Assembly (NCBI GenBank): GCA_977020255.1
Contig: CDROCS010002078.1
Span: 310,001 to 374,000, forward strand
DNA from: Obrimoposthia wandeli
Taxonomy: Eukaryota
Reading direction: 5' to 3'
Length of the DNA: 64,000 nucleotides
In this document: positions 1-12,190 of the stretch, piece after piece
Position numbering within the stretch: position 1 is the stretch's first letter
Layout of the letters: each line of letters starts with the position of its first letter
Program-made: the position numbers and the translations under genes
The notes under the pieces: model-generated
Seen by the model: only the letters and a program-made list of their open reading frames with translations
What the model was told of the DNA's origin: nothing
The model's database searches: none

Positions 1-1070
1 ACATTGAATATCAACGATAATTATGGAACTTAATATAAGTTTAATTAATGAATTATTTTCTTCAATAAAAATAGTGCCAGTCAAATTTTATTAGTGCCAA
101 GATTTTCCGGTTATGCCCGTAGTCAGTTTATTTTAAAGATAAATGAAAACTTGTAACCACTTCCTGCTATCAAGAATTTATCTTAAACTGCTGCAAAAAT
201 AAACCATTCAATGACAGCAAATAATCTTGCTCAAAGGACTTTAATGCCTCTCCAGGATCAAAATGATGACCACTTAACCTCTTCAGTATTCCAAACCGGT
301 AGAGGTTTCTTGTCATATGCTATAGAGCGTTGAGACTTTCGTATTTTTATAATACGTTATAAGTTCGAAAAATCTTGAATTTTAACTCACCTGTATTCGG
401 GAATGAAGTTTTCACACTGTATCCCATTTTCTTGACCGATTTCTTCTTGTCATCTTAAATTGCCTGACCAATAAAAATGAGTGGCTTTAGATCAGTTTTG
501 GTTCCCTTTTCTTAATTCTTATTTGACCAAAACCCTCTGAAAAAAACAAAATCATAAATAATATTTGGAAAAGTAACTTATTAAGAACCTTTTAAACCTA
601 TTAGACCTAGAAGTACACATTCCTTATCACAGTTATTGGGTTGTAGATTTGTGACTTTTAATCTCAACTCTCCACGCTCTTCCAGGTTTAACCTGTATGT
701 ATGCTTTTTTGTCAAAATAGCATTGATGTAACCACAAACAGCTTCAACTCCCAATGGGCTTTGAAATACAAGTAGGCCTGGTATCATTCGGAACCTGGAG
801 GTATTGTACTAGCTCGTATGATCTTATATTTCTTTACATTGAAGTCTATTTCTGTACTTCAATAAATTTTGAACACGAGTCTACTAAACAGTACAGATGG
901 TTCTTACATTTTTCAATTCTTCACATAGTGATTGATCTGTACTCCAGATATCTTCCACAGTTGATTCATTTGCGACAAAAAGCCTTTGTAAACTATTACA
1001 TCTTGACAGCCATCTTACTTCGTGGTGTAAAAGTAACTGGTAGGACGTTTCATAATTTTCTCACTTAATT
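1..1070 (-). mobile_element. Decayed LTR-retrotransposon integrase remnant
   Basis: Minus-strand translation near 845-920 gives KNHLYCLVDSCSKFIEVQK, resembling the rve core 'lvivDaySKf.ev'. The frame has many stops. Confidence 0.45.
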
Positions 1071-1105
1071 AGGCAAACAGACGCGAGTTAAAAGGATGTG
1101 ACTTG

Positions 1106-1291
1106 AGTAGGTGGATGTGTCCGGTCTAATCCACACCCCCCTCCCCCCCTTGTCCTTTAAAACCGTGCATGTGTGTGGAGTGAAATTTCGTGTAGGTGTG
1201 TGGAGTGAAATTTCACTCCACACACATGCACGGTTTTAAAGGACAAGGGAGGGAGGGGGTATGTGGATTAGACCGGACACATCCACCTACT
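1106..1291. mobile_element. Miniature non-autonomous Maverick/Polinton-type element (TIRs only)
   Basis: ~83-bp inverted repeats (1106-1188 and 1208-1291) start AGTAGGTGGATGTGTCCGG and end CCGGACACATCCACCTACT. Exact 6-bp TSD GACTTG at 1100-1105 and 1292-1297. The same terminus occurs at 7299, 37947, 43277 and 44648. Confidence 0.85.
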
Positions 1292-2214
1292 GACTTGGTT
1301 ATACTAATTAATTAAAAAGTCAGAAAACCTATAAACTTTAATGCAGTTCTATTTCTAGTAATTAAATGACATTTTCTAAAAATTCCACAATTCATAAACT
1401 TTAGCTTCTATGTCTGATAAACACTATTTAAATAAACATCTAATCTGTTATATGTATTTGCAAACTTTGATGGTAAGCTGTTTTTCTTTATGTCTCTCAT
1501 TATTTCAGATGCAATCCCCCTAACGAAAGGTTTTTTCCTCCCTTTGTAACTCTGGTAACCTTCTAAATCTAGTATTATAGAATTTTGGTCCCATACCATT
1601 TCTTATTGTACACATTAGGTTGAACTGTTAGATAAACAATTTCTTATTGTAAAATACGTTTATCCAGTTTAAATATTTTCCCGAGAGCCAATTTTATCTT
1701 TTTGAATTGAACTTATAAATCACAGGTGCTCTATTTCTCCGCCGACAGAGGTTACGAAACATTACAGTTACACAATACATGGATTGTGCATTCGTAGGAA
1801 AATGAAAATAGATTCTAAAATAATATACAGTACAATGTTGAAAGAAGCAATCAGAAAACATGAAAAAAGAATTCATTTACAAGGTAGATGAAAAGTGATT
1901 ATAAGTTTATTCTGTCGATTAAAACAAAATACAGTCAATTGAAACTAATATATTAAACAAAGATGTGGGAATGAAAAATAAAGTCATTGTTGTTTCGTTT
2001 CTGTTAGTATTGTATTTTTAGAATTTTTCATTGATTTTCTTTCAAAATCAGAACTGTTTTAATTTGTTTTGATTCAAAAATCGATTTTAATTTAAAACAT
2101 TTTTTCAGTAAAGATAGTGTCTAAATGAATAAAAACGTGTACAATTATTTAATCAAATAAAACTTTATTTAAATAATATTTTCTTTAAATCTTTACCTAT
2201 CTACACAAAAATAG

Positions 2215-3760
2215 GTTTCATCAGCGAATCAGTGTTGACGAAAAGTCAATAATTCTCGCTATGCTGAAACTTTGTTCTACACTCGCTGTATCAATAGAGA
2301 ACATTTCATTCCGAGGACATCAGCTGGTAAAAGGGTTGATGTAGTGATAGAGTTGTTGATTTGCACTGAAATACATCAGCTATCTGGCCCATCGTTAGTT
2401 GAAGAGAAGCTTTGTTAACTTTTCCGTGGGGGTATTGTACATTTGTATGCAGTGTGTTGAAGTTTTATGACCTTTGGTTGCATGGTTTTTGCAGACGTGA
2501 GTATCACACGTTGGACAATGCAATTGGTATTTCTTCATCATAATCCATTCAAATTCAAGTTCTGAAAAAATATATAGGTGCTAAATTAAAGTATTTTTAA
2601 AAAAAGAATCTTAATCTAACAACCCTTTTCTTAAGATCAAAAATTTGCTTTAAAGGAATTTAAGTAAAAATTCATTTTTAAATTAGGCCTATATTTGTAA
2701 TAAATGTTAACATGTTTTTTTATGGATAACTAATTATTGACAATATCCACATAATAAGGTGGCCTATGTTTATCTTGATCCCACATCGGTATACCAAAAT
2801 ATTGATGGATTCCATTTTTAATCATCCTTGTATTGATTTGTTTTTGACAAACATAGCAAAAAGAATGCTGATAATTTTCACAATATTCAAAAATTATACG
2901 GATAATTATCTTTATTTATCTTTTAACAAAACATAAACAATAACACAATTGAAATAACTCTAGAAATTTAAGACTTAGAAAAAGAAACACATTTATAGAA
3001 TCAGAAAAAAGTGCATTTAAAGAACAAATCGAAAAATTGAGATAAACAGCAAAAATATTTTGTCGTTGTATAGTGTAATCCCTCTCTGGTAATATTCGAA
3101 TAGAAAGAATGAAACAAATTTTAAATAGCAAAGTTATTTGTGAATGAATTTAGAGAAATTAGATATATTTGCTTTGAAATGTTTCTTTTTAGCATGTGTT
3201 TGGCTTCAACACGCACTATCCAAATTTATCTAGATCCCTAGTGTCTTTCAAGTTTATTGATGGATTTTACGATACAACATAACATTTATTCCCATTGATT
3301 TCCTACACATTCGGTTCTTTGTGATTAAGGATCGCTCGACACAACTGGGATATTTTGTGGAATCGGGTTTGGCAATTTGATCTGCTTATAATATCTCGAA
3401 GAATCGGTAATTCCTGTAATTTCGCTTCCCAAAGACCCAAAATGTGAACAGAACGGAATGAACTGGCACACCTATTTTCAAGGTTATTGCGTAATAACTC
3501 CCAAACTGACAAGCCGAGAAAAAATCGATTTATAAAAACAAACAAAATAATGTCCCTATTATTTCTTCAAGGCCTCTTCTAGATTTGGCAGAAACTAAAA
3601 TGGGGAGTAGCCCATTTCAAACGAAGTGGTTGTTCTGCAGTTGCCGGGCAATATTGTTTAATTGACCAATTTGCATGCCGAAATATTGTCAGTGATGTTT
3701 GTGAATTAACAAAAAAAATTGTACGTTTTGTTGACTATTGTTGGCTACAATTCGAATTTT
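2215..3760 (-). mobile_element. Highly decayed hAT transposase fragments
   Basis: Minus-strand pieces ITDNISAC, SNCQTRFHKISQLCRAILNHKE (like 'cpTRWnS') and TASVEQSFS (hAT dimerisation 'tasvERsFS') occur in the expected order. Confidence 0.4.
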
Positions 3761-4099
3761 ACGTATACCGGGGGATTAGGATTTTTAAATGTAATAAATT
3801 AATTTCATCTAAGCTAGACTCAAAATTATAAATTGATCCATAATTTAATTTAAAGCAATTGATTGAAAACAGAGATGCACGTGTATTCTTTAAAATTACC
3901 GAAGCTTAGTAGACTACATTGTAAACAAATGAAGAACTTCAACTGCAAATTTTTTAAAATGAAAGTAGATTTTCATTTATTGAACAAATAATATCATCCG
4001 AACACTGGATAATGGAAGACCGATAAATAATGAAGAAATAAGCTAGACGATGATTTGTTCGAGTACCAGTTGTTGACTTTTTGTGTGTTGAAATAGATA

Positions 4100-4450
4100 C
4101 ATGGTGACCCAAAAAGTCACCGAACCTCTAAAAACGGGAATAAGAAAAAATCGGGTGACGTGGCTGACCATTTGATTGGTCCACAAAGAGGAGGTGCATC
4201 ATCCTGTTGAATATGAAGTACTCATAAACAATGAGAAGGGGATGATATTTCAGCAGAGAAGGTGGGGTCTGTATGGTTTAAGCTAATCTTATGTATGATG
4301 TTAAGAAGAGAGCTTCGAGAAATGCGAAATTTCGATATCAGTCTTCAGCCGACCTTCCTTAGCAGTTGCTTCCATTTGCGTCAAAGTTTGATAAAAGCTG
4401 TAACATTGTCGACAAGGTGCAAACGATTTAAAGTTTTTATCTCAACAATC
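4100..4450 (-). mobile_element. Possible Tc1/mariner fragment
   Basis: Minus-strand ISRSSLLNIIHKISLNH resembles a mariner HTH-linker segment. A TIR-like 'tacatggtgacccaaaaagt' lies near 4098. Confidence 0.25.
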
Positions 4451-7400
4451 TAATACAAGTTTGTAGCTGTTCATAGCGTAATTCTTTTTAAATAACAAAA
4501 AAGCGTTCATTTATATTTTACAGTATTAATCGGGTAAATATACTAAATAAAAACGAAGCAGAAAAACCCATATCTATCCATTAATTTGTTACGTTTGTTT
4601 TTCCTCTCGTTTCCCACAGAGCGGGATATGAACACTAGTCATCTTAATCTAAATTTCTTCATTTTCTTCTCCCAATTCTCCCCTACGAACTACGGCCTAT
4701 AAATATTCCCATAGTCTATTCAATCATAATATTTCGTCGACAGGAATGTCACATTCAAATTTCAGAACATAAATAGAAGAATATAAAATTCTCCTATGTT
4801 TCCTTTCTTGGAATATGTTAATTATTTATGCACTACGACACTTTTTATAATGAATTTATTGTCATACGCTCTTGGAGTTGAGTTTAGCTGATTACTGTCT
4901 TTTAGTTGGGCCAAATGCATGTAGCTTTCGTAGCAATTCGGGTACGCAATATCATGTATCTTCATGTAAATGGAATGCAACTAAATGTAACAAAAAAGGC
5001 TATTTAAAGAGTATTCAGTTGTTGTATCAGTTTCTGCTCCGACAGTTCGATTTGTGAACTGTTTTGATTATATAAACTATAAACTCTAATTATTTTACTT
5101 CATATATCCGCAATAGTAATGCAATTAAATATCTCAAAATATGATACTTTTTGTTACTCCATTTACTACTTCATTTGTAATATTATTGTAATATTTTGAA
5201 AGAAACGATAATGGGAATGAATATTTTCCTGAAATTGGAAAGCATTACTTATTATTCCGAGTGAGTCAAAAAGTCAAACAATTTACTATCTAATTTAAAT
5301 GTATTGATTTAATATAATCTGCTACACCGTCTTGATAACCTGAAGCATGAAAAGGTATGGCGTGTCTAGTACATTAGACCCACTCCCTATACTCAGAAGA
5401 TTCCTCGATTAACTATTCTGATAAAATCATTTGAAGGTCGTAATGTGCAGAAACGCTAAAACATTTACAAGATACGAGATGATCAAGATTCTGAATACTG
5501 CAGCGAACGAGGGATAATTTATCCACCTCAACGCTGGTTTAGTATGTAAACTGACAAATTATAAAACAAAAACAGAGGAAGATGGATAATTATAATAAGA
5601 TATGATGAAATACTGACCCAATCAAAATCTGGCGATGGGAGAATGTTCAAACTTACAGAACTTACTTGTGTCCATAAAATAGCAAACTTCTCTGTCAAAG
5701 TAGAAGCTATATAGGACAGTCCTTATGAAGATCAAAATATCGAAGAAGCATTTAACTGGAAATAACGAGTCTTTTCCTTCAAATAGCCTTGACAAATACA
5801 AGGCACAAAATTGCAAGTTTCTCGTATGTTTTATTCTTCAAAAGGCGATTTGTTAAGAATCGACGAATCGAAAAACCAGTCCTTTGGAACTTTTCGAAAC
5901 GTTATAGTTGTAAATCATGATTATGTATTTCTCGATCTGTCGGTGAATACTGTTTAATATAGCTCAATTTACTATTTATAAATTATATCATTCATTTTGA
6001 AAATCACATAGTCCTACGTCCTTATCTCCAGTAAAATAGCATTGAGTCGACGACTGAGAAAGTTGTGTAGGTAGTTTTTCTCAATGTCTGCATCTTTGAG
6101 AGAGAAAATAAATTCTCATGTATATATAAGATAAATTCATTTTCCAGACATTTATACATTAAAATTGAACAGAATAACATAATAATAAACGTTTCAGCTG
6201 AAGGAAAATAGTGAAATTTATAAACATAACCTAAAAACGAATGATAAGAAGGCAAATTCAGAAAAATGTCCATATATATTGCTCTATGTCATATGAGGTG
6301 GTACTATATCATGTCGAGAAATAAATTCACAGTTTAGAAAAACTAAAAATTTACCAATCGTTTCAATGTCTTTTAAAATCGTTTAGTTTTTTTTATATTT
6401 CCTTTTTAATTAAAATTCATACATCTCCCAGATAGACTTGAGGTGCATGTTTCAATGTAGTCTGAAGGACAGATTTCCAAATATTCTAACCATTTCCCCT
6501 ACGAATTACGAGTTTTGGAAAAATACCAAAATTCGAGTCTTCTTAATCTTCGTTTTTAGTAAGAAATTGCATTTAATGGTTTTGTAACATCTAAAATTGT
6601 TAAAGGAAACAATAGGTCTTTCAAAGAAGAGTTTATGTCGGTTTCTTGTTGGGCTTGGCCTACCACTTCGACGTTTAAAATCGATAATTTTTTAATTCCT
6701 GATACGTTTCCCAAATTCCCAGCATACCCATATTTGTTACTTCTGATTTATATTTCCCGGTAATTCACCACCGATCTGATTCCAAGTGAAAGCATATTTT
6801 TTTAGAATGACAGTGATATGTCTAAGCAAATTGTAAACCTAAAATCACAACAACAGCAACTAATTCAGAAACCTTTGTATTGTGTATGCATAGTTTTCAA
6901 GTTTGTGGCGTTTACGATTTTACTGCGTTTAAAGAAATGTAATTCAACAAAATTGGGATGTAACATGACTTTGCCATACCCTATGCAGACTAAAAACAGA
7001 ATATGAGATTTAGACTGCAATAAATTTGAAAAATGACGGAAGAATAAGTCAATTCAAAATCAAATGGAGAGGAAGTTTTTCCCAGCGAAAGAATAAAGAG
7101 TTAAGAAGTTAAATCTCATTTATTGAACACTGGTAAGAGAAATAAGGACCCAAATGTAAAGAATTATAATTTAGATGGGCGGGTTCGAGTAACAGTTGTG
7201 TGCAGCTGTTGGATTTATGTTACTTACAATTAATAAAGTACAATTACTAATTACATAATAAAACTTATTAGTTTGTTTGTTTAAGAAAATCTCTGAGGAG
7301 TAGTAGGTGGATGTGTCCGGTCTAGTCCATCTCCCTCTTCTTCCCTGGGGGTGAGTACACATATGTCCTTTAAAACCATACATGTATGTATGGAGTGAAT

Positions 7401-7519
7401 TTTCATGGTTGTATGTAAAAATTTACACATATCCACAATTTTTCAAACTGAGATTTACATACTCTTTTCAATCACATACGAGCAGTTTACTGGTAGTGGT
7501 TAGTACAACGGTCGAGGTT

Positions 7520-8100
7520 GGGGACTGAAATTGGAAGATTGGGTTAATATTATACTTGAAATCTATCATGAGCGAGTTCGAGCACACGACTAAGATTCTT
7601 TGCTTACCATTTAGGTTAGCTTTTGAAATGACTGTACCATACCACTGCCACTACACGACTATACCAGGCTTGAATTATATCAAAATTATAAAAAAGCACC
7701 TCACCTTCCTCACTCTACTCAGAGCGTAAATTGCATTTGAAACGGGTGAGGCACTTGTTTAATTTTAAATAAAATTGAACATTGCTTGTGAACGGAAAAC
7801 CTGAAAGTGTGTGGACCAACCTGAATCATTTTCATCAATCCAGAAATCCAAACAGGTACCCTACGTATTTCCCTAGAACTCCTTAGTGAAATAAAATGCC
7901 AAATATAATAAAATAGTTCTTTCAATTGTATTTTGGAATGGTCCGTCTAGCATAGAACCGTAAGGCCTTTGCTTCAAGGTCGTTGTTGTGTACACCAATC
8001 GCAGTAGGGATGTTGCAATTTAAAGTGAAGTATCCATAAATCAGGTTGATGGATTTTGATGGATTCGAAGTGAAATTCTGTAACATAAATGATGAGAAAG
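7520..8100 (-). mobile_element. Possible decayed Gypsy-type RT fragment nested in segment A
   Basis: Minus-strand TTTLKQRPYGSMLDGPFQNTI (like 'rmPFGl.saPa.FQr') and FYLKLNKC (like 'l.l...KC'). Confidence 0.3.
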
Positions 8101-8429
8101 AGATTCAGTGATCATCTAAGAAGATAGGAAATGAAAAAGACAATCAAAACTGCTGAGTTCAGAGGAGAGAAACTCAAAATATATCGACCCTTATCGTTAA
8201 TCATTTCTGGATTTTATATGAAGCTGAGGGATTTTCACAATGAAACAAGATACAATTTTTAAAAATATTTATTATTTATTTAAATATTTTTTGTTTATGA
8301 ATTTTCCCTTCTCTAAAATAGGATATAAATCTGTGTACCTGACATGCACATTTATAATACATGTGTATTTAAGGCGCAAAATCTAGCACTGTAATTTAAA
8401 CAATTTCTACTCGAACACGCCTTCTTCTT

Positions 8430-8830
8430 CAAATTCGTTATTTATCAATCGTTTTGGGAATGTTTAATGTTCTGCTGACTGTGTAGACTCAATAAATCCA
8501 TTTTAAACTTCCTCTTGAAACCGTGCATTCTTGAAAATTCAACATCTCCATATCAAAAATTGCAACTGGATATAGATTATGTTTTTTATTTTTTTTATAG
8601 ATTATGTTATTTCTATCCGGTATTATTATTACTATTTAGGTTCATGTACAAGAAGGTTAGTTTGTATAAGATTTCAATTAAAATAGAAGGAAATGTATGT
8701 TTGAACCTAACTTGTTTTCAGCACTCAGAATTTTAAAGTTTGATCCTTTATGTGTTTGCTAGTGGAAAAGTGATTATTCATGGTGTTAAAGATTTTGATT
8801 ATCAATGTCAACTGAGTCTATTGTATTTTT
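8430..8830 (+). pseudogene. TBP-like gene, Maverick copy A
   Basis: Across frameshifts: KVSLYKISIKIEGN-MFEPNLFSALRILKFDPL-VFASGKVIIHGVKDF. This matches the TBP repeat-2 pattern YEPElFPgL...IF.SGKvvltGaK. Confidence 0.7.
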
Positions 8831-8956
8831 TCTTGAAAGTTTTTATATACAAATATATGTTTTTTTTTGTTTTTTTTTGAAAATGCTTGTTGATTATATA
8901 ATTCATTATAGAACTGTTAATGATGTTTTAGTTAAACGAAAAGTAGAATATATAAA

Positions 8957-9767
8957 ATGAAAGTTTTATATGAAAAATATAAACATAAGGGTGTAAGATA
9001 AATGTCGTTATTATTAAATTTTAAAGAAAATCAATTTAAAAGTGATTTAGCTAAACCGGATTTAATAAATATGATGATGATTCAACTGATAAAGTAAAAT
9101 GTATATACTGTCAAGGTGCATTATCTGAATGGGATGGTATCTTAAACCAATGAAGCAACATATTAAATTTTTCCTACATGTCCATTCCTTTTAAAATTAA
9201 ATGTTGCCAATGTATCAATAATTGAAACTAGTGTCAAGAAAATTGATTTTGAATAATCACCGCTGAACACAAAAGTATATGTATCAGATTGGACAAAAAA
9301 TTATTTGATATATGCTATTCAAATAACTTAAGAAACTTTAATAATGCCAATGTTATTTAGAAAATCGAAACAGATTGTATAATTGAATATCCTTTGACTA
9401 TTGAGAAATTCGATATGTTGATGGATACAAACCAAATCAAATATTTGAAAGAGTTTTTCACCAAAGATAGAATAAAATCTGTTTTAAAATATCAAATGAT
9501 GCGATATGAAGAATAGAAATCACTATTTGAAATGATTCATCTTATTTAGAAATGAAATCTGAAAAACAATATATAAATATACTTTCATAGTATTTAAAAG
9601 AACCTGAATGAGTAGTATATTTAAATAATAATATTGAAGTAGTATTTGTCTCTTGCGGACATGTAAATACATGTATATCATGTTTAAGAATGTTACATTC
9701 ATGTCCAGTATGTCGATGTATTGTCGAAAGGAGAATAAGAAATGTATATACCATTGAAATTTGGTAA
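8957..9767 (+). pseudogene. Inhibitor-of-apoptosis (BIR + RING) gene in Maverick A
   Basis: BIR-like LAK-GF...DKVKCIYCQGALSEWDG...KQHIKF-PTCPFL at ~9050-9190. IAP-type RING VVFVSCGHVNTCISCLRMLHSCPVCRCIVERRIR at ~9635-9745. Frameshifted. Confidence 0.8.
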
Positions 9768-10079
9768 TACATGCAAAAATGGATAAAAACGATAAATTAT
9801 TTGATGATATAGTCGAGGAAATTATAAATGGAACAATAAACGGAGTTCAATACTTTTCTAGTTTTAATGAAGATAGTCATGATCATCTTAGAGAAATAAT
9901 TCTCTCACATGTCTATAGAGATATCAAATGGAAAAAGGATTTTGAAAATATCGTTCAGCTTAATCGTTCAAACATGATGTATATAACCTTTTCTGTATCA
10001 ATTTTTAATTAGTTTATGTTGTATATATTAATAAAATGCTTATAAACAATATTCTTATCTTATTCTTCTTCTTATTATT

Positions 10080-10726
10080 ATGAAACTTAAAAATGATGCA
10101 GTATATCAGATAGTGGGACCTAATGGTAGTGGTAAAACACATTTTGTAACTAAATTATTACAAAACAATAAAATGTTTAATAATCAATTTATTAAGATTT
10201 ATTGGCATTATGGTGATGTTTGTAAATTTGGGTTAACGAAAAGTGAATTATGTAAAGTTAGAAACATAAACTTATCAATGGTTTTGATCAAAATTGGTTA
10301 AAACGTGATGATGTTATAGTAATTGATGACTTGTATGATGAAGCAAATCAAGATTCAAACTTTAGTAATGTATTCATTAAAATAGCAATGTTTTAAATAG
10401 CAATTAAAATAGCAAGACACAACTGTGTTACCGTAATTTACATTACTGAAAACCTATTTCATCAAGGCGGTAAACATAGAACACGTAATTTAAACGTATA
10501 TTATTTGGTTTTGTTTAAGAATCCTCGTGATCAAACGGTTATTGACTATGTTTCACGTCAAGCATTTTCCAATAACGGACAATATTTGATAAATTCATTT
10601 CAAGATGCAACTAAAAATTGTCCTGGTTACTTGTTTCTTGATTTTACTCAATCATGTCCTGATGAATTGAGAATAAGAACAAATATTTTCAACAAATGTA
10701 TGGTGTATAAACAAAGACAAAGATAA
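10080..10726 (+). pseudogene. Polinton packaging ATPase (A32/FtsK-HerA-like), copy A
   Basis: Walker A GPNGSGKT, Walker B VIVIDDL, then ARH...NLFHQGGKHRTRNLNVYYLVLFKNPRD and YLFLDFTQSCPDELRIRTNIF. Frameshifted. Confidence 0.9.
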
Positions 10727-11049
10727 TCTTTCGAAAAATTGAATTTCGAAAAAGTTGAAATGTCATATTATGTTGATATCAATTGGAAACCTGGTGATGA
10801 TATTAAAGCTAAACTAGTAATGAAATTAATAAAAAACAGTGTTGAAAGGAACGCAAAAAATTATACAAATATTAAAAACGGTGTACTAAAATATCAAAGA
10901 AATGTGTTAAAAAGACAAAGAATTGGCTTAAAATTGATAAAAAAGAAAAACAAAAGGGAGTTTTTTACTTAATCCATTTTCTTAATAAGACTATAAATAA
11001 TATATGTATTTTCTGTTTAAATAATAATTAAAATCATTTCACCTTGCAT

Positions 11050-11347
11050 TCAAACGCTTTTAAATGCTCCTAGTTCACATAAAGTTTGAATTCATAAATC
11101 ATCTCCACTTTTTGTTATCGATAAATTGGTTGAAATTATATTTTATATAGTTAAAGGAAAAGTCAATCTCGGTAAACATAAATCGAAAGTTACAAAACAC
11201 AAGAAAGTATTACATGATATTGTTAATACAAAATGTGGTTCTGGTCGAAGGAAAATAGTATTACCTCCAAAAGGAGGATTTATTTGTGCACTTTTACCTA
11301 TAGTTGCAACTTTAATCGATCCCCTACTTGCTAGAGCTGTTATCTAA
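11050..11347 (+). pseudogene. Small basic core-like protein with GG-F hydrophobic tail (adenovirus protein X-like), copy A
   Basis: KKVLHDIVNTKCGSGRRKIVLPPKGGFICALLPIVATLI. Sits directly upstream of the integrase, as in copies B and D. Confidence 0.55.
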
Positions 11348-11399
11348 AGTGTATGGGAAACAACCTTCCTAATTTTGATTTTAAAATAAATTGTAGTAA

Positions 11400-12190
11400 T
11401 TAAAACGAGAAGGTAAGATCCCGAATACCGAGTTGGGTACAGCGGCGTTAGAGCTCTATCATCAAACACCAAGTCGAGCCAAAAGAAAACTCAAACATGG
11501 CTGAGCAATCAACTGGCATACAGTCTCAACAAACTGATGCTGGAAAGGTTTCTGACTCGATCGTACAAGACTTGTGGCACTAATAACTTGTGGCAAATGG
11601 ATTTGATGAAGATGATACCTTATGAGCGTATCAATAGCGGTTGCATATATTTTAATATGCTGTGATGTATTTACTGGTTTGTACGAACCTATAAAATCCA
11701 AATCCGGTAAAGATATAGAGGCTTTTATTAAAAATATGATATATATTGTACCCGATAATGTACAAACAGATGCTGGAAAAGAGTTTTATAATAAACATGT
11801 TAAAGCCACTTTTGATAAATTAGAAGTAAATCACTACTCTGTGTTTTCACACTGTAAAGCAGCCTTGAGGGATAAATTAAAGAAACATTTTGTTGTAATT
11901 GGATCAAAGAAATGGGTAAAGGTACATCGCAGTATGGGTGGTAAGAAACCTATTGATATTTCATTTGCTGATTGATTTCAAAAGTAGAATTACAATCATC
12001 AAAATATGTCGCTAATCTTTATTGTGAGTTTGTGGAAAGTATCCAAAATACCTTCCAGAAGATTATTATCGATAAGTTTGTCAGTTATGACATTGGTAGC
12101 AGCATCCCAACCAGAAAAGAAAGACAATGTCAGAGAGCCAATATGGTTATACAGACTTATCGTGGAGAGAATTATGATGGTGACTAATTG
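11400..12190 (+). pseudogene. Polinton retroviral-like integrase, copy A
   Basis: TRSYKTCGTNNLWQMDLM...YILICCDVFT...VQTDAGKEFYNKHVKATFDKLEVNHYS (DDE core). Frameshifted. Confidence 0.9.

Noticed and set aside
6430-6760. Possible chromodomain/integrase tail (also a 'VVRRCQAC' zinc-finger-like piece at ~58060)
   Set aside because: The similarity is too short and degenerate to call by eye.
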